A stretch of DNA of 64,000 bases from a virus. Taxonomy: Duplodnaviria; Caudoviricetes. The notes beneath the pieces were generated by a model. The model made no database searches and was not told the DNA's origin. It was given only the letters and a program-made list of their open reading frames with translations. The position numbers and the translations under genes were made by a program. Positions 17,813 to 29,392 of the stretch are shown in pieces. The stretch's first letter is position 1, and each line of letters starts with the position of its first letter. The stretch lies in IMG/VR virus record IMGVR_UViG_3300007214_000006, one strand, 5' to 3'.

Positions 17813-18489
17813 TTTATATAGAGTATGCTTGTCTGGATTATTCTCTAAATGAGATAGAGACAATCAAAAATATTACCGATGCTATAAAAAATGGTATTAC
17901 AAATATTGTTGTATTACCATATAGTTTAACTACTTTAAAAACAATAGATGAAATAAAAGAAAAAAATATTAGCATAGCTTGTCCTGTTGATTTTCCTTTT
18001 GGGCTATCTGATCAAAAATCTAGATCTTTCTCTGTATCTAATTTATGTAAAAGTTATCATAATTTTCTAAAAAAAATTGATTTGTTTATTCCTACAAAAA
18101 TTATTACAAATAGAAAATATGATAAACTAAGAGAAGATATAAAAACTAATTTGGAAATATGTAATGAATTTGATATACAACTTAGATATATTTTAGAATA
18201 TAGAACATATAATCATGAAGTATTAGCTAAAGTTTGTCAAATATTTATGGACTACGGTATTAATACGGTTCTACCTTCTTCTGGTACTATGATTGATGAT
18301 ATTAATGATAATTTAATTGCTTGCAATTTTTTGAACAGCAAAAGCAAAATTAATACTATTACTACTGGGAATATCTATAATGAAAAACAAGCAGCTAATG
18401 TTATCAAAATGACCGATTTATATGGTATAAGATTATTTAATGTTCATAGTCTACATATGTTTATAGAGCATATTAATCTAAAAAAATAA
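17809..18489 (+). CDS. DeoC/DERA-like TIM barrel lacking the Schiff-base lysines
   Basis: CPVDFPFG ~ TVVGFPLG, KIDLFI ~ EIDMVI, LRYILEY ~ LKVIIET; the KTSTG position reads LPSSG and the KASGG position reads ITTGN. Confidence 0.65.
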   Translation: MIYIEYACLDYSLNEIETIKNITDAIKNGITNIVVLPYSLTTLKTIDEIKEKNISIACPVDFPFGLSDQKSRSFSVSNLCKSYHNFLKKIDLFIPTKIITNRKYDKLREDIKTNLEICNEFDIQLRYILEYRTYNHEVLAKVCQIFMDYGINTVLPSSGTMIDDINDNLIACNFLNSKSKINTITTGNIYNEKQAANVIKMTDLYGIRLFNVHSLHMFIEHINLKK

Positions 18490-18547
18490 AAAATATAAGT
18501 TTTGGGGTACTAAATATTAGTTTAATTATTCTCTATGGAGACATAAA

Positions 18548-19084
18548 ATGTCAATTCATAATGCTCAAATTGATAATACAAATATTGATAACAATTCTGG
18601 AACCGGTATAAATCTTGGAGATTCTTTGGTATTAGATTCTATAAATCAGGGTAATGAAGTAGCAGTTTATTCAATAGGATCGATAGTTATAGACGGAGAA
18701 GATACAGATCCGGCTCTAGATAATGGCGAATTTGCCTATAACAACAGGACTCCTATTGCAAAAAGAATTTCAACAAATTTAGGCGGTGTTGATAATGACG
18801 TTTTATTGAGTGGTGCAGCTGCTCCCGATCTAATTACCGGTATTCATAAATTAGAAAGTATTATTACTCGTAGACAATCCACATCATTTAGAAACGGTGA
18901 TTTTAATAGTTATACCGGCAAATTTACAACAGACCCACAAACCCCGACTGACACTTTTCATAAAGCAGTGGCTTCCAAACAATTTATAGACTTGGCAGCT
19001 AATTCTAGTAGATCAAATACCGGTAAATTGATATATTTTATTGGAGGCAAACCATCTTCTAGGTCTTACGATTCTAAAAGATAA
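18548..19084 (+). CDS. hypothetical protein, probably structural
   Basis: GGAG RBS; G/N/D/S/T-rich; followed by a terminator. Confidence 0.65.
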   Translation: MSIHNAQIDNTNIDNNSGTGINLGDSLVLDSINQGNEVAVYSIGSIVIDGEDTDPALDNGEFAYNNRTPIAKRISTNLGGVDNDVLLSGAAAPDLITGIHKLESIITRRQSTSFRNGDFNSYTGKFTTDPQTPTDTFHKAVASKQFIDLAANSSRSNTGKLIYFIGGKPSSRSYDSKR

Positions 19085-19106
19085 TCAAAAATTTAGATAT
19101 ATTTAT

Positions 19107-19118
19107 AGTGTATAATAA
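19107..19118 (+). promoter_or_regulatory. candidate phage late-promoter motif (AGTGTATAATAA)
   Basis: Intergenic copy of the recurrent motif, overlapping the terminator stem. Confidence 0.5.
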
Positions 19119-19144
19119 GCCAGAGTGATCTGGCTTATTTTTTT
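19114..19144 (+). terminator. intrinsic terminator
   Basis: Perfect 11-bp stem AATAAGCCAGA/TCTGGCTTATT, GTGA (GNRA) loop, T-run. Confidence 0.75.
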
Positions 19145-19158
19145 ATGGAGCTTATAAT

Positions 19159-19482
19159 ATGTCCGAACATATAACTCATTTCTGGCAATCTTTAGCTACT
19201 GTTAGTCTGGGTATAATAGTAACACTTATAGGATTCTGGGTAGGCATAGGCAGAAAAATAGTGTCCAGAGAAGAGATTATAGATATAGTTAAAAACGATT
19301 CTCCATATCTACAAGATAAACAATTTATTATGGAACGATTAGCCATTAATAAAGAAACGCAAGCTGCTTTTGCTAATGCTCTACAAAGAAATAGCGATGT
19401 TATGAATGATTTAAAAATTCAATTAGCGACTTTAGGAAAAACCCTAGAGGCTCTAGAAGAAAAAATAGAAAATAAAGCATAA
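19159..19482 (+). CDS. single-pass membrane protein with a coiled-coil C-terminus
   Basis: Hydrophobic SLATVSLGIIVTLIGFWVGIG followed by heptad-like LKIQLATLGKTLEALEEKIE. Confidence 0.7.
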   Translation: MSEHITHFWQSLATVSLGIIVTLIGFWVGIGRKIVSREEIIDIVKNDSPYLQDKQFIMERLAINKETQAAFANALQRNSDVMNDLKIQLATLGKTLEALEEKIENKA

Positions 19483-19850
19483 TGACTAAAAATTGCTTGT
19501 TGGTATACCCTAATGAATTTATATTTTTTTGTCCTGGTCAAGCACCTTTGACAGACGATAGGTGTCATGGGTCACAAAATCAAAGAATGCTATTCGATAT
19601 CACCGTCCCATCTGGATCAGATTCTGCAGTGGTAGAGATTCAATTAACAAATACTAGAACAACAAAAAAAGAAACATATTTTATATATACGGATCAACAG
19701 TGCTCATGCTCAAATAATTGTGTCATAGATCAAGGAATTAAAAATAATAATAAATATTCTATAGCAATTAATATTGGTAATTTAATTCCTGGAGAACAGT
19801 ATTCTGGCATAGCGTGTGTTAACTATATAGATATTCTAACTGGTGTATAG
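19482..19850 (+). CDS. hypothetical beta-rich protein with one Ig-like repeat
   Basis: IAINIGNLIPGEQYSG resembles repeats in the downstream genes. Confidence 0.6.
   Translation: MTKNCLLVYPNEFIFFCPGQAPLTDDRCHGSQNQRMLFDITVPSGSDSAVVEIQLTNTRTTKKETYFIYTDQQCSCSNNCVIDQGIKNNNKYSIAINIGNLIPGEQYSGIACVNYIDILTGV
19842..19850 (+). promoter_or_regulatory. candidate phage late-promoter motif (GGTGTATAG)
   Basis: Motif overlaps the TAG stop, upstream of 19897. Confidence 0.35.
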
Positions 19851-19896
19851 TTTAATATACTAGGAATGAGCATCTAACTGGATAATTAGCCATATT

Positions 19897-21549
19897 ATGA
19901 TCATATATTCTAAAAATTCTATATTTACATACGATGCTGAGACTTCGTTTGATCTATTAAACCCACCAAAAAACGATAAATATATAGCTAGTTATAATAA
20001 ATTTATTAATCATGTTTTATATATATATGGTCAAATAAAAACAGATGGATCTATTCCAGTCTTTTTTACGAAAGCTATGGAATCTGGAACACAAAGACAA
20101 GCAGATAGAAACAGCACATTAACTGCTCTAGAGCCAAATAAAACATATTATATTGTTTTATCTTCTGATGAAATTTTACCTTTAACTATCCCAACTAATA
20201 TTACATCCGAAGAATTTTTATCAACCTATTATTGCCATAATGATGATCGGTGCGATAACGTCGATATATGCAATAAAAGTCTTTATATAGTAAAAAAAGA
20301 CCATCATAATATTTCATTAACTGGTAATTATACTTATGATATTAATTTAACAGTTAGTAATCTCTATTCTTCTAATCAATATTATTATGAAATAGAACCT
20401 GTTTATTCTAATTGGCCCGCAAGAATATCGTCACAGTCTGGTTTTATTTCAATACCATCGAACAATATGGATAATCTAGGCTATACTAGCGGTACAATAA
20501 AATCATTCTTTAGTTATTATCCTAGTGGCGAAAATTATGAAAATAGTATACCATACGATAATAATATAGACATATCTAGTAATTTTTATTATAAAAATAT
20601 TTTTAGTATTCTTAATTTATCTATTTATTCTAATAATATGGATTTATTGTTTACGGATTATATAAATATTAAATGCGATAGTTGTTTACCAAATAAAAAT
20701 AGAAAAAATCCAATTTTTAAATTGTCAAACACGGCAGGAAGTTTTGATAAAATTAACCAAATAGATTGCAGCGGATCTGTGCCTATTTATATAAATTATT
20801 CTGGATTAGATCCATCAAAAACTTATTCTTTTGGTTTTGGATCTGTCAATGGTAATTGGCCAGCAAGAATTTTACCTAAGATAAAAAATCTGGTTCCAGA
20901 ATATTTATACGAAGATCCAGAATCTAATATGGTTTACGGAACAGGAACCGTTGTTGCTAATTTTAGTTTTTCTCCAGTCTATAATCCCTTCCCGTCGTGG
21001 CCAAACTTACAGTACAATCTGGAGTCCTTCGCCAAAGAAAAATTTGTAGATGACAATATATACAATATACTCTCATTATCTGTTTCAGAATCTTCTAATA
21101 ATTTATATAAAGAATCTATAATCATTAAAGGAAACATCGAATCAAATAATGAAAATTGTATAAATAGTTTATATATTAAATTTGATAACACTAGCAATAC
21201 ATATCCTTCTGGCGGTTTAACAGAGACATCTCGACCAGGATCAGAAATCAATTTAACAGATAAATTGTGTTGCAATAAGGATCAAATATTAACAGCAACA
21301 ATTAGTGGAGCATGTTGTGGCAAAGAATACGGATATAGATTTTATAATAGTAATCAGTACACTTCTATCACCCCATTATCTGGCACAATTTCTTTTGGAA
21401 ATGGAGTAGGAAAAATTGGCGCTGTTTATAACTTAAATAATAGACCAGCAACTACAGTAAGATTAGTTATTTTTGATACTACTGATAATACTTATGCTGT
21501 AGATAATATTATTTTACGATGTCCAAATAAAATTCCAATATTACCATAA
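19897..21549 (+). CDS. putative virion protein with repeated Ig-like modules
   Basis: Three VSNL/YSGL..Y.Y....NWP.RI...SG-type repeats. Confidence 0.65.
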   Translation: MIIYSKNSIFTYDAETSFDLLNPPKNDKYIASYNKFINHVLYIYGQIKTDGSIPVFFTKAMESGTQRQADRNSTLTALEPNKTYYIVLSSDEILPLTIPTNITSEEFLSTYYCHNDDRCDNVDICNKSLYIVKKDHHNISLTGNYTYDINLTVSNLYSSNQYYYEIEPVYSNWPARISSQSGFISIPSNNMDNLGYTSGTIKSFFSYYPSGENYENSIPYDNNIDISSNFYYKNIFSILNLSIYSNNMDLLFTDYINIKCDSCLPNKNRKNPIFKLSNTAGSFDKINQIDCSGSVPIYINYSGLDPSKTYSFGFGSVNGNWPARILPKIKNLVPEYLYEDPESNMVYGTGTVVANFSFSPVYNPFPSWPNLQYNLESFAKEKFVDDNIYNILSLSVSESSNNLYKESIIIKGNIESNNENCINSLYIKFDNTSNTYPSGGLTETSRPGSEINLTDKLCCNKDQILTATISGACCGKEYGYRFYNSNQYTSITPLSGTISFGNGVGKIGAVYNLNNRPATTVRLVIFDTTDNTYAVDNIILRCPNKIPILP

Positions 21550-21560
21550 TAGGAAATAAT

Positions 21561-23849
21561 ATGTCATTGCCAATAGGATATAATAGTGCAAATTATAATA
21601 ACCAAGCCGTCTGGAACGGAGTAAATGGTAATGTCACCTCTGTTGGAACAAATGGTGGACAAAGCGCATATGGTACATTAGATCAATCTGGGAATGTATG
21701 GGAATGGTTAGAGTCATTAAATGAAATAGATGGTAGTATTTATGCAGATATTTTTGGAGGAGCATGGAATAGTGATGCAAATAGTATATCTTGTTATGGG
21801 AAAAATAGTATTAATTACAATACTTTATCCAACAATATTGGAGTTAGACTTGTAAGTTTTGTTTCAAATGATACATTTTTATCTTGTGTAGATATTAATG
21901 ATATAAATAATACAAATGATATAAGAACAGGATACGGGGCGGTATCCTATGGCTATAGAATAATGTTGCGTCCTATTACAAATGCGCAATACTCAGTATT
22001 CTTAAATTCTGTAGATCCTAGTGGATTAAATACATACCAGCTTTATTCTTCATTAATGTCAACATTATTAAATGGTAATAATAATCCAAGGGGAGGAATT
22101 AATTATATATCATCTAATCCAGTTGGACAAAAATATGTTGTTAAAAATAATTTTAATAATAAACCAGTAAATTATGTTTCTTTTTTAAGCGTTGCAAGAA
22201 TGTGTAATTGGTTACACAATGGATCATCCTCAAATATAGATACGGGATCCTATACAATATCTCAAAATTCTGTTATATCAAGAACAAACACGCCTGGTAG
22301 CGAAGCTAAGTATGCAATACCCACTATCAATGAATGGTATAAAGCAGCTTTTTATGACACTAGTGGCGGTTACTGGACATATGCTACTCAAAGTAATAGT
22401 CTACCATGTTCTATCGGCACCATAGGATGTGCATCTTTTGATAGCAGTATTGGTGATGGCGGTATCACAAATATTGATCCCACGCCCACGCCTACTCCAA
22501 CTAATACCATAACTCCAACAAAAACAACAACTCCCACCCCAAGTAAAAGTATTGGGGCCAGTCCTACTCCGACACAAACACGGACACTAACACCAACAAA
22601 TACTACAACCCCTACCATAACACTGAGTCCAACACAAACACCAACTATTTCTGTGAGCCCTACGCAAACCCCAACTATTTCGATCACGCCAACAAAAACT
22701 GTTACAAAGACTCCTACAATCACCCCAACTATTACTAGTACTACCACTCCAACAAGAACACAAACAAAAACACCAACAAAAACTCCCACAATTACTCCTA
22801 CTAGGACACCAACTCTAACAATAACGCCTACAATTACTCCTAGTATAACTCCAACTATTTCTTTGAGTCCATCTCCTGAGCCATGTTCTAATCCAGAATT
22901 ATTAGATAAAATATATAATATTAAAGAATATCCAGCTACTGCTTTGACGCCCATATCATTGTTATCTCCTCCAAGCGGATTATCTAATAGTAAAGCTACT
23001 AAAGATTGGCATAATTTAATAAATAGCATATCTACAATTTACAATTCGTCAAATACTTTATTTTTTAATACTGTAACTAGTGGAAATAATATTTTGCCAA
23101 ATACAAAATCAACTCTAACAAATCTTGTACCTGGAGAAGCATATTATTTCATTTTGAAAGAAGACTCGAAGCTACCCGTTAAATTACCTATATATAATAA
23201 AGTAAAAACAGAATATTTATCTAAAAATTTAATAAATAATATAAGCGCATTATCTATAAATGATGCAAAAATCAAAACACTAACAAATAATGAAAAAATA
23301 TCTTTTATAACCGCTGTACAAGCTATCAAAGAAGATATAGAAAAATATAAATATGATAGTTTAAAATTAAATCAATTAGAGGCACTATTTAATGAATTAT
23401 TATTAGAATATTCAAATAATGATTTTGGATGCGATAAAACAATACATTATACAAATATAAAAGATAATTGCTTAAGTTACTATATCTCTAATGCATCTGA
23501 TAATACATATAAAGAAATACCAGGATTTATAAATACAAATTTTAATTTTCAAACTATAGAAATGTCTGGACAAGGAAATCTTACACAACAAATAAATATT
23601 TTTATATCTGGTTTACCAGATACAAACAAATACAATGTTAGATACCACTACAGATTAAAAGATGCGTCACAGGCATGCTCTGTATTTCCATTATCTGGTA
23701 CAATAATACCAGATGCTAATAATTCATCTAATATATCTAGCGTTTTTGAATTTTGTGCCGACGCAATTAGGGGGCAGCACGCTAATTTGCTAAAAGCAAC
23801 CCCATCGCCAACTCCAAGCATAACTCCAACAATAACTCCATCAGTATAA
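21561..23849 (+). CDS. FGE-sulfatase (SUMF1)-fold protein, halves in reversed order, with Thr/Pro linker
   Basis: [13 protein letters not shown] precedes [34 protein letters not shown]; TPT tract at about 22480-22885. Confidence 0.8.
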   Translation: MSLPIGYNSANYNNQAVWNGVNGNVTSVGTNGGQSAYGTLDQSGNVWEWLESLNEIDGSIYADIFGGAWNSDANSISCYGKNSINYNTLSNNIGVRLVSFVSNDTFLSCVDINDINNTNDIRTGYGAVSYGYRIMLRPITNAQYSVFLNSVDPSGLNTYQLYSSLMSTLLNGNNNPRGGINYISSNPVGQKYVVKNNFNNKPVNYVSFLSVARMCNWLHNGSSSNIDTGSYTISQNSVISRTNTPGSEAKYAIPTINEWYKAAFYDTSGGYWTYATQSNSLPCSIGTIGCASFDSSIGDGGITNIDPTPTPTPTNTITPTKTTTPTPSKSIGASPTPTQTRTLTPTNTTTPTITLSPTQTPTISVSPTQTPTISITPTKTVTKTPTITPTITSTTTPTRTQTKTPTKTPTITPTRTPTLTITPTITPSITPTISLSPSPEPCSNPELLDKIYNIKEYPATALTPISLLSPPSGLSNSKATKDWHNLINSISTIYNSSNTLFFNTVTSGNNILPNTKSTLTNLVPGEAYYFILKEDSKLPVKLPIYNKVKTEYLSKNLINNISALSINDAKIKTLTNNEKISFITAVQAIKEDIEKYKYDSLKLNQLEALFNELLLEYSNNDFGCDKTIHYTNIKDNCLSYYISNASDNTYKEIPGFINTNFNFQTIEMSGQGNLTQQINIFISGLPDTNKYNVRYHYRLKDASQACSVFPLSGTIIPDANNSSNISSVFEFCADAIRGQHANLLKATPSPTPSITPTITPSV

Positions 23850-23854
23850 TTACT

Positions 23855-26845
23855 ATGAACAATATATATTCTAACATCGAACTTGTTATAGATATTGAAC
23901 CAAAAATATCAACCATAAATACTGCTAATTATAAAAAATTAGCAAACTGGAATGGTTCTATCAATGGTAATGTTACAACAACAGGATCTAACGGAAATTG
24001 TTCATCATATGGAATTTATGATATGGCTGGTCAAGTTTACGAATGGACAGACTCATGTTCTTCTTCGTTATTAGGCACTGCCTTGGATTCTTCTTTTAGC
24101 TCTGGGGCATCGTCAAAAAATTCAAATGTTAAAATACTTAGAGGAGGATCTTTTGCAGATTCCGATCATTTAAATCTTAGTAAACTATATCGAAAAGAGC
24201 TCGATATATTTTCTATGATAGATTATGGCTGTATAGGATTCAGGGTGGCAAATAATGAATCAACAAATTTTGCAAGACCTTTGGATCCAAATAGTATATA
24301 TACTACAATAAATAATACGGGAAATTTGCCAGATGATTGTTATCAAGCTATTGATTCTAAATTAGGTCAAGTAAATTATATATATAATATACAAAATCAA
24401 TTAGTTACAAACAGCGAATATTGTCTGTATTTAAATACTATAGATCCATCTGGTACTAATTCATCATATATTTATGATACTAGAATGTCATCATCCCCCG
24501 TTGGAGGAATTACCTATAATGGTTGTGCTACTACAGGCTCGGTATATTCTGTAAAAAATAATTTTGGAGACAAACCAGTAACATTTATTAAATGGATTAT
24601 GGCAGCACAATATTGCAATTGGTTAACAAACAACCAGCAATCCGATATATCTTCCATCGCGTCGGGATCATATGACACAACAATTATAAATAATACCGGC
24701 ATAGCAACGTATTCTGGGATATTTAGACAAAATACAGCAAAATATTTTCTTCCTAGTGAAAACGAATGGTACAAGGCCGCATACTATGATGCTTCTAGTA
24801 ATAAATATTGGATGTATCCAACACAAAGTGACGAAACACCAACAGCCGTTATATCAAATTCTTCTGGAATTGCCATATCATCAGAAAACCAATCTAGTTC
24901 GACACAAATAATACCCATAATATTTAGAACAAACGATATCTTAAAAACATCCGATAAACAAGATATAAAACACATTGTTGAAAATTCTATCGACGTTAAT
25001 CTTTATAATAGATACATAAATACATTAAATAAAAATTACTGTCCTTCTGTTAATATTCTGTCTATAAATTCTTCCGGACAAAATATAATTAATTCTGGAA
25101 CCCCAGAGTCTTCCGGAACTTCGGGCATTAATCAGTCTTATAATTATATTTTCCCAATAACGGCTGAAGTGTCAAACCTTAATCCTGGACAGAAATATTA
25201 TTATTCATTTTCGTCTGATGGATCAAATTGGCCAAGTAGAATAGAGCCTCTTTCTGGATCTTTCGTTGCTTTTAATAATAATTTTAATATTAATGCTATA
25301 TTAAAATTTAAACCAAATGACATTTATCAAATAGCTGCTTTTAATACTAATCTAAATTATAATCATTTAGAACAAAATGAACTTAGATTATATAAAAACA
25401 TGGATATATATAATAATTTAAATATTGATGTCTCCACAGAAGATTGTTCATTATGCAGAGATTCCTTGAGGATATCATTTAATCAAAATTTACTTCCAAC
25501 TATATCTCAATTCGATAAAGCTGGCATATCTTTTCAGTCACCATCATCACATCATGTAATTAATGTTAGTGGTGGCCTATGTGATCAATACATTCCTTTG
25601 GTAATGAATGTTACAGATCCGCAACCTGGTAAAATATACTCTTTTACATTATCTTCTAATGAAACAGGTGTTATATTTATGCCCAATAGCGGAAGAGTTT
25701 CTTTTGGCGGAGCTAGCGGCAACCCAAATAGAATAACTTCTCTATTAGCTTTAAATGATGCTCAAAATGCTATTGCAAAAGTTAATTTATCTAGAATAGA
25801 TATTCCCTATAGCGTATCTGATTATATAGGTGTTTTCTGTATGGAAAACTGTGATAATAGTTTAAGTAATTATGCAAATTATAATAATAGAGCAATATGG
25901 GGCTATTGCGTTGATAATTGCCCAGGAAAACCACCAGAATTAAGAAGATTTGCTAGTGTTACAAGAGCCGGTACAAATGGTGGTCCAAGTTCTTATGGAA
26001 CATATGATCAAGATGGGAATATCTTAGAGATATGTTATACTACAAATAATATTAGTTTAACTGGCTATGTTTATCGTGGAGGATCATTTAATAGTACTAT
26101 TATTGGTAAATATGCTAGATATGAATTCGATACAGATTCTAATGATCAATACGACGATTATATAGGTTTTAGAATAGCATCATATACAAATCCATATAAT
26201 TTTAGTGGTATGATACCAATTACCGACATAGGATCTCCGCCACTTGGCAACAATTATGATCCTGATACCGGATATGGTTCTGTAAACTATAATTACCAAA
26301 TTGGCGTATATCCTGTTACTAATTTTGAATATACTCAATTTTTAAATAGTACTGCTACAACTGGATATAATGGGGACAGTAATAATCTTTCGTCATTATG
26401 GTTATATAACCCATACATGAGTGGCTGTTATGGCGGAATAGATAGAACTGGCAGTGGCACATTAGCAAGTCCTTATGTGTACACGACTCAAACAAATATG
26501 CTTTATAAACCAGTAAGATTTGTAAATAGAAGAATGGCATGTAGATATATAAATTGGCTTCATAATAATAAACAAAGCGGATGGCAATATCAAATTAGTG
26601 GTGCTTATGTATTAAACAACAATTCGGATGGTTTTAGTACTTTTGGCACAACAATCGGATGGGTTAGGTCTTCTTGTGCTCGTTATTTCCTTCCAAATGA
26701 AGATGAATGGTATAAGGCCGCATATTATGCTGGTACAAACTCAAATAATATAACATCTAATTATTGGACATACGCAACACAAAGTAATGTTTTGCCCGGT
26801 TGGGTAACGGCTACAGATAGCGGCCATGGTATTATTCCTAATTAA
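23855..26845 (+). CDS. protein with two reversed-order FGE-sulfatase-fold domains flanking Ig-like modules
   Basis: YGIYDMAGQVYEW/RGGSF/GFRV then EWYKAAYY, repeated as YGTYDQDGN/RGGSF/GFRI then EWYKAAYY. Confidence 0.8.
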   Translation: MNNIYSNIELVIDIEPKISTINTANYKKLANWNGSINGNVTTTGSNGNCSSYGIYDMAGQVYEWTDSCSSSLLGTALDSSFSSGASSKNSNVKILRGGSFADSDHLNLSKLYRKELDIFSMIDYGCIGFRVANNESTNFARPLDPNSIYTTINNTGNLPDDCYQAIDSKLGQVNYIYNIQNQLVTNSEYCLYLNTIDPSGTNSSYIYDTRMSSSPVGGITYNGCATTGSVYSVKNNFGDKPVTFIKWIMAAQYCNWLTNNQQSDISSIASGSYDTTIINNTGIATYSGIFRQNTAKYFLPSENEWYKAAYYDASSNKYWMYPTQSDETPTAVISNSSGIAISSENQSSSTQIIPIIFRTNDILKTSDKQDIKHIVENSIDVNLYNRYINTLNKNYCPSVNILSINSSGQNIINSGTPESSGTSGINQSYNYIFPITAEVSNLNPGQKYYYSFSSDGSNWPSRIEPLSGSFVAFNNNFNINAILKFKPNDIYQIAAFNTNLNYNHLEQNELRLYKNMDIYNNLNIDVSTEDCSLCRDSLRISFNQNLLPTISQFDKAGISFQSPSSHHVINVSGGLCDQYIPLVMNVTDPQPGKIYSFTLSSNETGVIFMPNSGRVSFGGASGNPNRITSLLALNDAQNAIAKVNLSRIDIPYSVSDYIGVFCMENCDNSLSNYANYNNRAIWGYCVDNCPGKPPELRRFASVTRAGTNGGPSSYGTYDQDGNILEICYTTNNISLTGYVYRGGSFNSTIIGKYARYEFDTDSNDQYDDYIGFRIASYTNPYNFSGMIPITDIGSPPLGNNYDPDTGYGSVNYNYQIGVYPVTNFEYTQFLNSTATTGYNGDSNNLSSLWLYNPYMSGCYGGIDRTGSGTLASPYVYTTQTNMLYKPVRFVNRRMACRYINWLHNNKQSGWQYQISGAYVLNNNSDGFSTFGTTIGWVRSSCARYFLPNEDEWYKAAYYAGTNSNNITSNYWTYATQSNVLPGWVTATDSGHGIIPN

Positions 26846-26873
26846 TATATAAATAAAGTAAAAGGTTATTATA

Positions 26874-29381
26874 ATGTTACATATATATAATCCAAATCTT
26901 AGACAAGATACAGAAGAAAATATTATTGTTACTAACGCTAAGATTTTGAACGCCAATGGCACATACTTTAAAACAACCTTTTGGGTCCCTATCCCTGGCA
27001 CAAGAGGTCGTTCGTATATATGGACAAAAGATAAATTAGATTCTTATCCAAGAATTTTTAGATCTAATATAAATATTTGGGCTTTGGTTTTTTCATCGTC
27101 ATCTTCGGGAGCTTATTTTAGCGAACTTTCCATAGACCAACAAACCAATGATTATCCTCCAGAATTTTATACCGGAGATATTCCACTATATAATTGGCAA
27201 TATATTAATGATCCACAAGACGTATTAAATATTATATACAATAGGTACTCCCCTGGAGATCCTGGTAGCGGAGAAAATGTTACACAACAACCAACTATAT
27301 ATAAGCCTTATAAAAAATTATATAATAATAAACCATCAGAATTTGGAAAAGAAAATATATCATCAGATCCTCAAATAAATAACAATAAAACTTTTATTCC
27401 TAAAAATAATGGGATTAATCAATCAAAATCTATTTATATAAATAAAATATCTCAAGCTATTAAAGATGATAAATTTAGCTTAGAAAAGGGCGATTTTGAA
27501 ACAGGATATCCTCAAACAGCAGATTACGATTTATGTGATCAAAAATTATCAATTGTCTATTCTATGAATAAAGATAAATATAGTAGACACATAAACAATA
27601 ATACTATAGATAATACGATAGTTAATAAAAATCCTCATGACTCACAATCTTGTAATATTGATCCACCAACACCATCTCCTAGCATACCAATACTAGCAAC
27701 TTCCACACCAACACCAACACCAACTGCTACTATTACAACAACCCCAACCGTAACCAAAACTCCTACACCAACGCGAACAACCACAAAAACACCCACATCA
27801 ACAGTTACTCCAACGCGAACAACCACAAAAACACCCACATCAACAGTTACTCCAACACGAATTGTTGTTCTAACACCAACACAAACACCAACACAAACAC
27901 AGACACCAACACGAACACAAACACCAACACCAACACAAACACAGACACCAACACGAACACAGAGCCCAACACCGACAACAACTCGGACCCCAACAGCTTC
28001 TCCAATTATAAATAATTGTAATTATTTCCAAAAATTAATAAATATACCTGGAAGTTGGATAGATATAACATGTTCTGCTGATGGTCAAAAAGTTGTTGCC
28101 ATAGCCGACAATGATTCCGTGGATCCTCAAGCAATTGGGGCACATCTTAGCATAAACGGAGGAATATCCTGGACGAGTATATCGTCAAGATCAGATTTAA
28201 TCGGATGTTTCATATCAAAAAATGGACAAATTATAGTATTACACAACGAAAACGAGATATTTGTATCATCTAATAATGGAGCATCTTTTAATCAAACAAA
28301 TTTTGGTCCAGTTTGGCCTTATAGATTCGACTTCGAAGGTTCGTCACTTTGCGCATCTAATGATGGTAGTATTATATATGTTGTTGACTGGTATAGAAGA
28401 AATATTTATAAAAGCACAAATTATGGAATTAATTGGACAACTATACAAATAACATCAGATTCTACTCAATACATAACATCTATAGCTTGTTCTAGTAATG
28501 GTTCGAAACTATTAGCCACAGGAAATAATTTTAGTAATGGAAAAGTATTTGTAAGTAATAATAGTGGTGAAAATTGGTCAGAACATATTTTAGGGCCAGA
28601 GCCTGTGGCTTATTTAAATGGAGCATGTGTGTCTGCGGATGGTAGCAAAATGTTGGTTTCTGTCAGACAGTTTGGAGCAAGTTTTCAAAGACCGGATATA
28701 TTCAATGGAATGTGGAGAAGTCTTGATGGTGGCATAACATGGTCAAATATATATTGGCCTGTAGATAATAATCTAATCGTTAATGATTTTGCTGCGGTTG
28801 TCGTATGCTCTGATGATTTTAATACAATTGTAGGTGTCACGCCAGGCGGTTATTCATATATAGTAAGCAAAGATGGAGGTAATTCTTGGGAATCATTGGT
28901 TGATCTTAATAAGCCCACTTCAATCCAAACAAGATATATTAGCGGAGCAGCCATTACAGCAAACGGAAATATGGTATATTTGTCTGCTTATGGTGGACTA
29001 AGAATAAATGCTGATCAGTCGATGGAACAATTTCGTGGATCAGAATATGTTTATAAAGCAAGTTGTGAACTATTACCCGGTGGCCCTCAAACAACGCCAA
29101 CCTCTACGCCAACCATTACGCCAACAAAAACCTCTACGCCAACCATTACGCCAACAAAAACATCTACCCCAACTATTACTCCAACAAAAACTTTAACTCC
29201 GACAAAAACTTCGACACCTGGAGTTAGTCCTAGCCCCACAAGAACATCAACTGTTACCCCAACCAAGACTATTACTCCAACAAAAACTTCAACCCCAACT
29301 AAAACCCCAACACCAACCCCATCATCGTCAGAGAGTAAATTATTTACTATGTTTTTAGCATGGAAAGACTATAACCCTTAA
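26874..29381 (+). CDS. Asp-box (BNR/sialidase-like) beta-propeller protein flanked by Thr/Pro tracts
   Basis: Six S.D/N.G..W/F boxes ([47 protein letters not shown]). Confidence 0.8.
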   Translation: MLHIYNPNLRQDTEENIIVTNAKILNANGTYFKTTFWVPIPGTRGRSYIWTKDKLDSYPRIFRSNINIWALVFSSSSSGAYFSELSIDQQTNDYPPEFYTGDIPLYNWQYINDPQDVLNIIYNRYSPGDPGSGENVTQQPTIYKPYKKLYNNKPSEFGKENISSDPQINNNKTFIPKNNGINQSKSIYINKISQAIKDDKFSLEKGDFETGYPQTADYDLCDQKLSIVYSMNKDKYSRHINNNTIDNTIVNKNPHDSQSCNIDPPTPSPSIPILATSTPTPTPTATITTTPTVTKTPTPTRTTTKTPTSTVTPTRTTTKTPTSTVTPTRIVVLTPTQTPTQTQTPTRTQTPTPTQTQTPTRTQSPTPTTTRTPTASPIINNCNYFQKLINIPGSWIDITCSADGQKVVAIADNDSVDPQAIGAHLSINGGISWTSISSRSDLIGCFISKNGQIIVLHNENEIFVSSNNGASFNQTNFGPVWPYRFDFEGSSLCASNDGSIIYVVDWYRRNIYKSTNYGINWTTIQITSDSTQYITSIACSSNGSKLLATGNNFSNGKVFVSNNSGENWSEHILGPEPVAYLNGACVSADGSKMLVSVRQFGASFQRPDIFNGMWRSLDGGITWSNIYWPVDNNLIVNDFAAVVVCSDDFNTIVGVTPGGYSYIVSKDGGNSWESLVDLNKPTSIQTRYISGAAITANGNMVYLSAYGGLRINADQSMEQFRGSEYVYKASCELLPGGPQTTPTSTPTITPTKTSTPTITPTKTSTPTITPTKTLTPTKTSTPGVSPSPTRTSTVTPTKTITPTKTSTPTKTPTPTPSSSESKLFTMFLAWKDYNP
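27768..27851 (+). repeat. exact 42-nt tandem duplication within a Thr/Pro tract
   Basis: ccaacgcgaacaaccacaaaaacacccacatcaacagttact x2. Confidence 0.85.
29101..29160 (+). repeat. exact 30-nt tandem duplication within a Thr/Pro tract
   Basis: cctctacgccaaccattacgccaacaaaaa x2. Confidence 0.9.
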
Positions 29382-29392
29382 TAGGAGCTTAT

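Noticed and set aside
21561-26845. Diversity-generating retroelement targeting the FGE/C-lectin-fold domains
   Set aside because: No reverse transcriptase in the window and no near-identical TR/VR pair differing at adenines; the three copies are highly diverged. The rest of the genome is unseen.
21561-26845. Functional formylglycine-generating enzymes for sulfatase maturation
   Set aside because: No catalytic Cys pair in the expected loop and no sulfatase gene nearby; a binding or structural role is more likely.
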